A stretch of 64,000 nucleotides of DNA from Acidiferrobacterales bacterium (GCA_036393295.1 DASWHF010000045.1:14313-78312), one strand, 5' to 3'; positions 1 through 7,281 are shown, counted from the first letter of the stretch. Notes: generated from the sequence alone by a model not told the origin. Numbers and translations are program-made.

Positions 1-301
1 TGTCGACGGCGAGCCGGTTGGTGACGCGAAGCGTCACCGTGTCGCCCTCCCGCCAGCGCAGCGTGGGTGCCGGTATGGATCCGTTGATGGTGGTCGCGAG
101 CCGCGGGCGGCCGGTGAAATTCACCGGTGTTTCCGCGATGGTGAGATCGAACTCGGTGCCGCTGAGCACCTGCGGCGATCCGGTGGCGGTCCCCGTCGCC
201 GCCCGCGACGAGCCCGACGGCAGCCAAGGCGCGGCCCCCAGCAGCAGGCCGCCCGCGGCCAGGCCCTGAAGAAACCGCCGTCTCGGAAAATTCGGCGGCA
301 T
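1..301 (-). CDS. copA: multicopper oxidase, CopA/PcoA family, N-terminal part (gene continues past the left edge)
   Basis: Not in the ORF track because there is no stop in the window. Minus-strand translation from the ATG at 299-301 gives MPPNFPRRRFLQGLAAGGLLLGAAPW...LSGTEFDLTIAETPVNFTGRPRLATTINGSIPAPTLRWREGDTVTLRVTNRL. This shows a twin-arginine signal followed by the N-terminal cupredoxin motif typical of CopA. Confidence 0.85.
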   Translation of the reverse strand, partial: MPPNFPRRRFLQGLAAGGLLLGAAPWLPSGSSRAATGTATGSPQVLSGTEFDLTIAETPVNFTGRPRLATTINGSIPAPTLRWREGDTVTLRVTNRLAVD

Positions 302-380
302 GCGGAAAGTTTGTGTATGACGTTTCATTTCGGATAATCCTCGTCAGTGCATCGCGGCACGGCGGACCCATCGGTCCAAC

Positions 381-404
381 GGGAACGCGGGAACGCGGGA
401 ACGG
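381..404. repeat. tandem octamer GGGAACGC GGGAACGC GGGAACGG, 80-103 nt upstream of the copA ATG
   Basis: Read directly from the sequence: copies at 381-388, 389-396 and 397-404. Confidence 0.7.
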
Positions 405-623
405 TCTCCGGGTCGCGATGAATCGTGTCCGGTCCGATCATCGCGCCGCTGCGTGTCAAGCTGTCGACAATCAGCGCTTCAGTACCCACCATGCTTGCGA
501 CGGTCCGGTGCAACACCTGGTCGTGGAAAGCCTGTCCCCATCACCGGCGAATCGACGTGTCGACGACCGGTTACGCGCGGACGGCCGTTGCGCGCGATTG
601 GGAATGCTCGAAGAAAATGGAAC

Positions 624-998
624 TTAGACGGCGGGTAACTGCGGGGGTCGCGGATGCGGATCAGGCACCTCGGCGGAATGCAGCGCCGGGATCACGGGTG
701 ACTCCACGCTGCGCGCGGGCAGGTTGCCGGCGGGAAGCGTCGGCACCGCGCCGACCACGCAGTGCCCGCACGCGACACAGCATTTTCCATCACAGGTCTC
801 GTGCTGCGGGCAATTCTGCCGGTCGTCGTCGTTCACCAGCCGCGGATCACCGGCCCCGAGGTCGTAATGCGCCGCATGCGCGGCGGGCGCCATGGACATC
901 GGCGCGGACGGCGCGGCGGCGAACGCCGGCTGGCCGACGATCAGCGCCAGGGCGATCAGCATTGAAAACAGACGCCTTACGGGCCCGGGGTTGTGCAT
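624..998 (-). CDS. secreted Cys/His/Met-rich small protein, CopL-like by position
   Basis: Uses the internal ATG (996-998) of track ORF 624..1319. MHNPGPVRRLFSMLIALALIVGQPAFAAAP looks like a signal peptide. The mature part has PMSMAPAAHAAH and the cluster CPQHETCDGKCCVACGHC. It lies directly upstream of copA on the same strand. Confidence 0.45.
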   Translation of the reverse strand: MHNPGPVRRLFSMLIALALIVGQPAFAAAPSAPMSMAPAAHAAHYDLGAGDPRLVNDDDRQNCPQHETCDGKCCVACGHCVVGAVPTLPAGNLPARSVESPVIPALHSAEVPDPHPRPPQLPAV

Positions 999-1393
999 GG
1001 CGGAGACTCTAGCAGATCGCCGCACCCGCCGCCAAGCACCGGCGCGGGGAAAGTCGCACGGCCAGTAAGGCAAAGTCAGAGTTATGTGCCGCCGGCCCGG
1101 CGGCTGCTGGCCGATCCGGATGCGGTTGTCAGGAGCGTCGAGCAGGACTGGAAACAGAACGTGGCGTTGTTCCTCGGTATCACGCATTACCAGGATCCGC
1201 CCAAGCTGACCGGGCACCGGGGACGCGCTGCACGGGGAGAGTACGCGATGCGCCGCCCACCCGTCGGCGTTCAAGGGGGGACCGAGAAATGCGACGGGCC
1301 GACCGCACGGTCGACCCATCGCCCGTCGACTTCTCGAACATCCGCAACGCTATTAGTTAAGTGATGCGCCCGTACACCGTCGCGTAGCTGCTA

Positions 1394-2338
1394 ATGTCTC
1401 GCAGGCGCTTGTACGACAACCGCGGTTTCCCGAATCTCTATCCGGGACTGCACCTGCTGCCGAACCACGCGATCTTCTACTCGCGCACCGGCTGGGGCAG
1501 CGCCGGCGCCGGCGGCTCGGCGACCGCCGACAACCGTTCAGCGTACTTCACCTTCACCGGCCCGAACACCGGCACCTGGACGCCCATCACGAACGCCATG
1601 ACCAACCGCGCCAAGGGCATGTCGCTGACGCTGCTCAGCAACACCGCACCCTATGTACGCGTTCTGGCGCTGGGTGGGGTCGACAACGCCACCAACAACA
1701 CCTACGAAATCCTCGACGCCTCGGTGCTGTCGCCGTCCTCGGCCTGGAGCGCACCCATGGCCTTCCCCGACGGCGAGCACCGCAGCCTGTGCAGCGGCGT
1801 GCTGCTGCCGGACGGCAACGTGTTCGTCTGCGGCGGCATCCAGCGGACCAACTCGCCGTGCACCCTGTTCAATCCCCAGGCGAACACCTGGTCGGGGATG
1901 GCGGCGCTGCCGTCGATCCGGGATTACCACTCGGTCGCGCTACTGCTGCCGAGCGGCAAGGTGATGATGGCCGGCTGGAACAACAGCTCGATTGAGATCT
2001 TCAGCCCGCCCTACCTGTACCGCGGCGCGCGCCCGGTGATCTCGTCGGCGCCGGCGCTGGTGCACCACGGCCAGAGCTTCGTCATCGAGTCGCCGGACGC
2101 CGACAGCATCGTCAAGGTCGTGCTGGTACGTCCGATGGCGGTCACCCACCAGACCGACTCGGAGCAGAAGATCCTGGAGATGCCCTATATCCACGACCAC
2201 GCCCGGCCGACGCGGCTCGCTCTCACCGCACCGCACGGCGGCCATCCGCATTCGCTGGCGCAGCAGGGCTACTACATGATGTTCGCCATCAACAACAACG
2301 GCGTGCCGTCTGTCGCGAAGTGGATTTACCTGCATTGA
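1394..2338 (+). CDS. glyoxal/galactose oxidase-like protein (kelch blades plus DUF1929-like C-terminus), probably a 5'-truncated remnant
   Basis: Track ORF. Kelch-like blades are visible (DGNVFVCGG, SGKVMMAGW), with a C-terminal segment VVLVRPMAVTHQTDSEQKILEM...GYYMMFAINNNGVPSVAKWIYL as in copper radical oxidases. It is only 314 aa and has no signal peptide, while family members are usually about twice this length. Confidence 0.55.
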   Translation: MSRRRLYDNRGFPNLYPGLHLLPNHAIFYSRTGWGSAGAGGSATADNRSAYFTFTGPNTGTWTPITNAMTNRAKGMSLTLLSNTAPYVRVLALGGVDNATNNTYEILDASVLSPSSAWSAPMAFPDGEHRSLCSGVLLPDGNVFVCGGIQRTNSPCTLFNPQANTWSGMAALPSIRDYHSVALLLPSGKVMMAGWNNSSIEIFSPPYLYRGARPVISSAPALVHHGQSFVIESPDADSIVKVVLVRPMAVTHQTDSEQKILEMPYIHDHARPTRLALTAPHGGHPHSLAQQGYYMMFAINNNGVPSVAKWIYLH

Positions 2339-2454
2339 CGGCCCGTCACCCGAGGGCTGAACGGGGAACATTGGCGGCCCTCGCCGCGCATGTCGGCACG
2401 AGACGGGCGCGCGGCGGGCCGCCTGCGCCATGCAACAGCAGGTCTTTGTTGTCG

Positions 2455-2670
2455 TTATAGTGCTGAGCGTAGTGGGCGCGCGTACACTTGTGGGTGAGAA
2501 CGCCATGTGGAGCTGGTCGTGACACTGATCGCCTGCGATTTACAGAGAGCCGCCTGGGACAGGCCGCTGCGCGCCTGCTCATCGATCAGCCTTGCGATTC
2601 GCTGCGACTGCGCCAAACATGGCGGCGGGACGTCTCGCTCATCGGTGCTTGCCCCTCGGTGATGAATCAC
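2455..2670 (-). pseudogene. transposase accessory (IS66 TnpA-like) helix-turn-helix remnant
   Basis: Track ORF segment RIARLIDEQARSGLSQAALCKSQAISVTTSSTW resembles the N-terminal HTH of small IS accessory proteins (pattern ..li.eq..SGlsq.afC...gis...f..W). No catalytic transposase gene follows. Judged by eye only. Confidence 0.3.
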
Positions 2671-2900
2671 CGGGGCACGATAGCGCGAGGGCTGATGGCG
2701 CGGAAGAACGGTGCGGTTTGAACGGTTACCTTAGTCGAGGGCTTTTCAGGCAATTCTGCCAGTCCCGCAGCTCGCTGTCGGTAGCGGCATTTTCTTGATT
2801 TGTGAGAGAAATCCAAGGCACGCCGCTGACCACTGACCGCGCGGTCACCCACCAGGCGCACAATCTGAAGGCAACTTCTATCCCAGCACGATTTTCGACA

Positions 2901-3223
2901 TAGTTCGCTAACAGGATGTTGAAAAAGTCGATCCGCGACTTTTTCAACCACGCAAAGCAAAAATGCGATTCTTGCTTTGCTCCATTTTTCAAACACTTAC
3001 GTGTTTGAAAAATGCCGGTCGATCCATCGACCGTCTAGCAGGATGTTGATAAACGAGTTTATCAACATCCTGCTAACCGTGTACGACACAATTAGTTCGC
3101 TTGTACCTGGAGACAGTGCATTTAGTTCGCGGTTGTGGCGGGCGCACGACTGATGGGCTTAGTAGGTTTTTATATAATAATCAGTCATTTACGGTTTATA
3201 TCGAAAATTGACTTTTAGTTCGC
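2901..3223 (+). repeat. four same-orientation copies of TAGTTCGC in a low-GC spacer
   Basis: Exact copies at 2901-2908, 3093-3100, 3123-3130 and 3216-3223, each preceded by A/T-rich bases. Confidence 0.6.
2918..3075. repeat. cluster of five distinct perfect palindromes/hairpins
   Basis: Arm pairs: 2918-2930/2936-2948 (13 bp), 2952-2960/2972-2980 (9 bp), 2985-2996/3001-3012 (12 bp), 3016-3023/3026-3033 (8 bp), 3036-3054/3057-3075 (19 bp). All have no mismatch. Confidence 0.85.
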
Positions 3224-3590
3224 CCAGCACCCATTTCATTTATGAAAGCGGCTCGCTCGCATTTTGAAAAGAACTACACGCCTTCCTGTACTTTGAGCCG
3301 CTACAGCAGCAGTGCCGGGCCACGTCCTCGCCCTGCGCCCGCCCGATTCAATCGGAGCAAGAAATACGGAATAGATGCAAGGCCTGTCACGTCATGTTTG
3401 GAGCGAAGAACGGCGAATATTGCTTGTCACCTTTGCAGGGCGTGTGTTTGAATGCCGGCACGCTCGTCACCGATGCGGTCGTGATTATAAGAATATAAGG
3501 GAACGATAAATCGCCGGGGGGTGGGGTTTCATTTGCACAGATCCTTCCTTCGGCACGATAACCACCACCACAAGCTAGGAGGGGTCGTAA

Positions 3591-5144
3591 ATGACATACA
3601 CGAAGAAGACTCCCTGGACTCTCATCATTGGCATTATCCTCGCTGCATACGCTTGGTTGATACACCAGGGCCATCTCAATGTAATGATGGAAGCCCTCAA
3701 GACCACGAAGTTGGCCGGAGAGATGTACACCCTCGGCTATATCTTCGGCGCCATCGGCATCGTCGTCGGCCTGTGGCAACTGTTCTACAAACACAAATCC
3801 GGACATGCCGACTATTTCCTCTCCACCGTCGGCGGCGCCCTGCTTATCATTCTATGCGTTTTCGTCGTCAAGTTCGGTGCCGAGCCGCTGTTCAAGATGT
3901 GGGGCGCGATGTCGTACAAGGCGATCGGCTGGGATTTCGCCAAGACCCTCGGCTTCAACTACATCCTGCTCGGCATCATCACCGGCATGGTGGTGGTGAA
4001 CGTCTTCAAGGTCCCGGACTGGGCGGAGAACGGCGTGCGGCTGTCGCGTCTCGGCCTCAAGACCGGCGTCATCCTGCTGGGCGCCCTGTACAGCGCCGCC
4101 GAGCTGGCCGAGTACTCGAAATGGTCGGTCGGCCTGATCTTCGTATTCGTGCTCGGCTCGGTCGGCCTCACCCTGTGGCTGGGCCGCCTGCGCAAAATCT
4201 CGAACTCGATGGGCGGCGTGCTCTCGGCCGGTCTCGGCGTGTGCGGCGTCTCCGCGGCGGTGGCCTCGGCGCCGGTGGTGAATGCCAAGTCGAGCGAGAT
4301 CGCCTACACCATCGGCACCATCCTGTTGTGGGGCGTGCTGATGATGTTCATCTTCCCGCCGGTCGGCCGTGCCCTCGGGCTCACCTATGAGCAGTTCGGG
4401 GCCTGGGCCGGCACCGGCATCCTCAACTCGGCGCAGGTGGCGGCCGCCGCCCTCATCTACCAGCCGCACGGCATCGAGACCCTCAAGGTCGCCGAGATCT
4501 TCAATATCACCCGCATCCTGGCGCTGCCGATCATCGTGCTGTGGCTGGCGGTGTGGTACGTGGAGCGCGAGCAACACGCCGTCAAGGTCAACCTGCTGCA
4601 GGTGATCGTCGGTAAGTTCCCGCTGTTCGTGCTGGGCTTCATCGTGCTGTTCCTGTTGTCCACCACCGGCATGTTCATGCCGGAAAGAAATGACGGCAAG
4701 GGCAAGTACATGGACCCGGTCAAGGCCAAGGCGCTGAAGGACGAGCAGATCGTGGCCTTGCAGGAGGAACTGCCGAGGGTCGCCAAGCCCGAGGAACAGG
4801 CCGCCCTGCAGCGCCTGATCGAGACCAAGACGGTGCAGAGCCGGGCGGACGATGTGTTGTTGCGCGACTTGGCGTCGCTCGAGACCACCTCCAAGCCGGC
4901 GGTCGCGGCCCTCAAGGATGCGCACAAAAACGCCTGGATGACGGCGCCGCGCGTGGCCTGGTTCCGCGACGTGATCGTCTGGTTCTTCGCCTTCGGCCTC
5001 ACCGGCCTCGGCATGCAGATCACCTTCAAGTCGATCGCCCAGGCCGGCGGCCAACCGTTGTTCATCGGCACCGTGGTCGGCAGCGTCAAGGCGGTCGGCG
5101 CGCTGATCGCGATCCTGTTGCTCAAAGACCTGATCAACCCCTAA
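3591..5144 (+). CDS. YeiH/UPF0324-family membrane transporter (putative sulfate-exporter family) with a ~90-aa hydrophilic insertion
   Basis: Track ORF with Shine-Dalgarno AGGAGG 8 nt upstream. It is multi-TM. Family-like motifs GLGVCGVSAAVASAP and GAWAGTGILNSAQVAAAA are present. Residues ~363-455 are charged and helical rather than membrane-like. Confidence 0.75.
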   Translation: MTYTKKTPWTLIIGIILAAYAWLIHQGHLNVMMEALKTTKLAGEMYTLGYIFGAIGIVVGLWQLFYKHKSGHADYFLSTVGGALLIILCVFVVKFGAEPLFKMWGAMSYKAIGWDFAKTLGFNYILLGIITGMVVVNVFKVPDWAENGVRLSRLGLKTGVILLGALYSAAELAEYSKWSVGLIFVFVLGSVGLTLWLGRLRKISNSMGGVLSAGLGVCGVSAAVASAPVVNAKSSEIAYTIGTILLWGVLMMFIFPPVGRALGLTYEQFGAWAGTGILNSAQVAAAALIYQPHGIETLKVAEIFNITRILALPIIVLWLAVWYVEREQHAVKVNLLQVIVGKFPLFVLGFIVLFLLSTTGMFMPERNDGKGKYMDPVKAKALKDEQIVALQEELPRVAKPEEQAALQRLIETKTVQSRADDVLLRDLASLETTSKPAVAALKDAHKNAWMTAPRVAWFRDVIVWFFAFGLTGLGMQITFKSIAQAGGQPLFIGTVVGSVKAVGALIAILLLKDLINP

Positions 5145-5155
5145 GGAGACCGACC

Positions 5156-5290
5156 ATGACCGACAAACTGAAATTCGACCGGGGTACCGCGCTGTCGATC
5201 TTCAAGAGCGACCGCATGGAAGACGTCATGGCGCTGCTGGCGGCGCTGGCGATCGTCGTCATCGTCGTGATCACGGTTCCGATTTCCTGA
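5156..5290 (+). CDS. 44-aa single-pass membrane microprotein (below the ORF-track size cutoff)
   Basis: AAGGAG at 5143-5148, 7 nt before the ATG at 5156. Product: MTDKLKFDRGTALSIFKSDRMEDVMALLAALAIVVIVVITVPIS. It starts 12 nt after the YeiH-like stop and is followed by a strong terminator. Confidence 0.55.
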   Translation: MTDKLKFDRGTALSIFKSDRMEDVMALLAALAIVVIVVITVPIS

Positions 5291-5305
5291 TCTTCCCGCC
5301 CACCT

Positions 5306-5343
5306 CCCGGAGTCCGCGCAAGCGCGGGCTCCGGGGTTTTTTT
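5306..5343 (+). terminator. rho-independent terminator
   Basis: A 13-14 bp GC stem (cccggagtccgcgc / gcgcgggctccggg, one G-U pair) followed by TTTTTTT at 5337-5343. Confidence 0.8.
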
Positions 5344-5354
5344 GCGCCGCATTC

Positions 5355-5819
5355 ATGAAAATGACACCGAAACGCATTCTGATCGCCAGTCACGGCACCC
5401 CCGGGGCACGTGCCGCCGAGAAGGCCGCACTGGCGCTCTGCCCGCGCGGCGGCACGCTCAGCCACCTGATCGTCGTGCCCGACTTCTGGAAGGGCATGCA
5501 GGGCGACGACTGGCTCAACAACGCCGCCACCCGCGACGTGTTCGCGCGCTACGTGGAGTCCACCCTCGAGGGTGAGGTGCGCGCCGAGGTCACGCGGCTG
5601 TCGCGGCTCGCCGCGAGCCGCGGCCTGCGCTATCGCCCCACCATCACCCTCGGCGACCCGACCCAGTGCCTGATCGATCGTGCCGCCAAGGGCGCTGACC
5701 TCGTGGTCATCGGCGCGCCGCGGCCGCGCGGCCGGGCCGGCCTGCGCTCGCGCCTGGACACCGAGAAACTGGCGCGCGCCCTGAAGGTGCCGCTGATGAT
5801 CATCCCCCACCCGAAATGA
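5355..5819 (+). CDS. universal stress protein (UspA) family protein
   Basis: Track ORF. Usp-like layout: ILIASHGTPGARAA at the N-terminus and DLVVIGAPRPRG...VPLMIIP at the C-terminus. Confidence 0.7.
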   Translation: MKMTPKRILIASHGTPGARAAEKAALALCPRGGTLSHLIVVPDFWKGMQGDDWLNNAATRDVFARYVESTLEGEVRAEVTRLSRLAASRGLRYRPTITLGDPTQCLIDRAAKGADLVVIGAPRPRGRAGLRSRLDTEKLARALKVPLMIIPHPK

Positions 5820-6421
5820 CCGATGCGCCCGCCCCGGCCGAAGACAGGGCCTGGGTCAAGATTGAAACCCCGCTGTCGTCGGCCGAGCTGCGTGAGTTCT
5901 GCCGCGATATCGAGCGCCTGTACCGCATCAATCCGCGGTTGGAGTTTCGCGCCTGGCGGGCGTCGGGCCCGGGTCGCTTCCACGCCGAATGGCGGAACCT
6001 CAGCAACGATCGGGAAGAGTCGCACGACCTCGAGGTCGTGCGCGAATCGGACTGGGCGTTCCGGGTCGACTACGCCGGCGGTATCAAGGCGCTGACGCGA
6101 TTTGCAGTCGAGCAGAACGCCGCCGGCGCGCGCCTGACCATCACCGATGACTACAGCCGCCTGCCCGAGGCCGAACGTGCCCAACGCCTCGACGAGGTCG
6201 ACCGCAGCCTGGTGCCCTGGGGCCAGGGCCTCCATCGCTACCTGCGCCGCCAGCGGCGCTGGGGCTGGTTCCCGCCCTGGCGCTGGTACATGCGTCGCCT
6301 GTGGCTGCCGATGCGGCCCATGGCGCGGCGCATCGTCTGGTGGCTGTGGGTGATTACGCTCGTGGAGATCGCGCTCTTTCTGTTCGTGATGCTGGTCTAC
6401 ATTATCGAGCGCAACGCCTGA
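5816..6421 (+). CDS. hypothetical membrane-anchored protein with a Trp/Arg-rich segment
   Basis: Track ORF with an ATGA overlap with the usp gene. A soluble N-terminal domain is followed by RRWGWFPPWRWYMRRLWLPMRPMARRIVWWLW and a C-terminal TM helix VITLVEIALFLFVMLVYII. Confidence 0.55.
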   Translation: MTDAPAPAEDRAWVKIETPLSSAELREFCRDIERLYRINPRLEFRAWRASGPGRFHAEWRNLSNDREESHDLEVVRESDWAFRVDYAGGIKALTRFAVEQNAAGARLTITDDYSRLPEAERAQRLDEVDRSLVPWGQGLHRYLRRQRRWGWFPPWRWYMRRLWLPMRPMARRIVWWLWVITLVEIALFLFVMLVYIIERNA

Positions 6422-6458
6422 CCGCGTACGCCGGTTTCCGTCCGGCGCCGCGGCACCG

Positions 6459-7205
6459 TCAACGGCCGGTCGCCGTTCCGGATGGCGGAGCGAACAACGC
6501 CGGCACCAGCGCCTCGGCCGGCCCCAGGCGTTGTTCCTGAAACGCCGGATTGGGGAAGTCCATCGGCTCGAGATTGACGAGCAGCGTCCTTGCGCCCGCC
6601 AGGGCCGCGGCACGCACGAAGCTCGCCGCCGGCTCGACCGCGCCGGAGGTGCCGATCGCGACGAACAGATCGCAATCCGCGAGTGCGTCCTGGATGCGCT
6701 GCATGGCGTCGCGCGGCACATACTCCCCGAACAGCACGATGTCCGGACGCAGCACCGCGCCGCAGGCCGCGCAGGTCGGCACACGGCTTTCATAGGTCTC
6801 GCGGTCCTCGAACGGCGCGAGCGCGCAGCCGGGGTTGCTGCAACGCGTGCGATGCACGCTGCCGTGCAGCTCGATGACGTCCGGGCTGCCGGCGCGCTGA
6901 TGCAGGCCGTCGATGTTCTGGGTGATGAGCGTGAACCGGCGTTCCGCGGGCAGGCGCCGGGCGAACTCGGCGAGCGCGCGATGTGCGGCGTTCGGAGTCG
7001 CCGCGTTCGCCGCCGCACGTATCGCTCCGAAATGCCGCCACAGGCCGGCCGGGTCGATCGCGACGATCGATGCCTGCGAATAGCGGATGTTGTCGCCCTG
7101 ATCCCATACGCCGTCGGCGCCGCGATAGGTGCGCAGGCCGGATCCGACCGACACACCGGCGCCGGTGAGAACGACGATACGGGAGTAGACATGGGGATCG
7201 AGCAT
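6459..7205 (-). CDS. cobB: NAD-dependent protein deacylase, Sir2 family (CobB type)
   Basis: Motifs GAGVSVGSGLRTYRG, QNIDGLH, ELHG and the zinc ribbon CSNPGC...CAACG. Confidence 0.85.
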   Translation of the reverse strand: MLDPHVYSRIVVLTGAGVSVGSGLRTYRGADGVWDQGDNIRYSQASIVAIDPAGLWRHFGAIRAAANAATPNAAHRALAEFARRLPAERRFTLITQNIDGLHQRAGSPDVIELHGSVHRTRCSNPGCALAPFEDRETYESRVPTCAACGAVLRPDIVLFGEYVPRDAMQRIQDALADCDLFVAIGTSGAVEPAASFVRAAALAGARTLLVNLEPMDFPNPAFQEQRLGPAEALVPALFAPPSGTATGR

Positions 7206-7281
7206 ATCCTGAGTTGCAAGATATTCAGATCGCGATCAACGCACAAGTCCCGCGCGCCAATGCAGCGCGGCAACGCGAGGG

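Noticed and set aside
325-516. The 63-aa minus-strand ORF between the CopL-like gene and copA
   Set aside because: It has no ribosome-binding site or signal peptide, and no metal-binding motifs or other recognisable features. The region was treated as the copA regulatory region instead.
2726-2992. The 88-aa minus-strand ORF in the low-GC spacer as a real gene
   Set aside because: Its first ~25 codons are encoded by two perfect palindromes. It has no ribosome-binding site and no recognisable family. At best it is a decayed recombinase tail, so it is mentioned only as a hypothesis in the findings.
3242-3451. The 69-aa plus-strand ORF upstream of the YeiH-like gene
   Set aside because: It has no Shine-Dalgarno sequence, a Ser/Arg/Pro/Cys-rich composition and no family resemblance. 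The region more likely holds promoter or leader sequence for the transporter.
6459-7205. The Sir2-domain gene as a candidate anti-phage (Sir2-effector) defence gene
   Set aside because: It is a compact 248-aa CobB-type sirtuin with an intact zinc ribbon and the GAGxS, QNID and HG motifs. It has no fused sensor or partner typical of defence Sir2 systems (Thoeris, DSR, SIR2-HerA, pAgo-associated).
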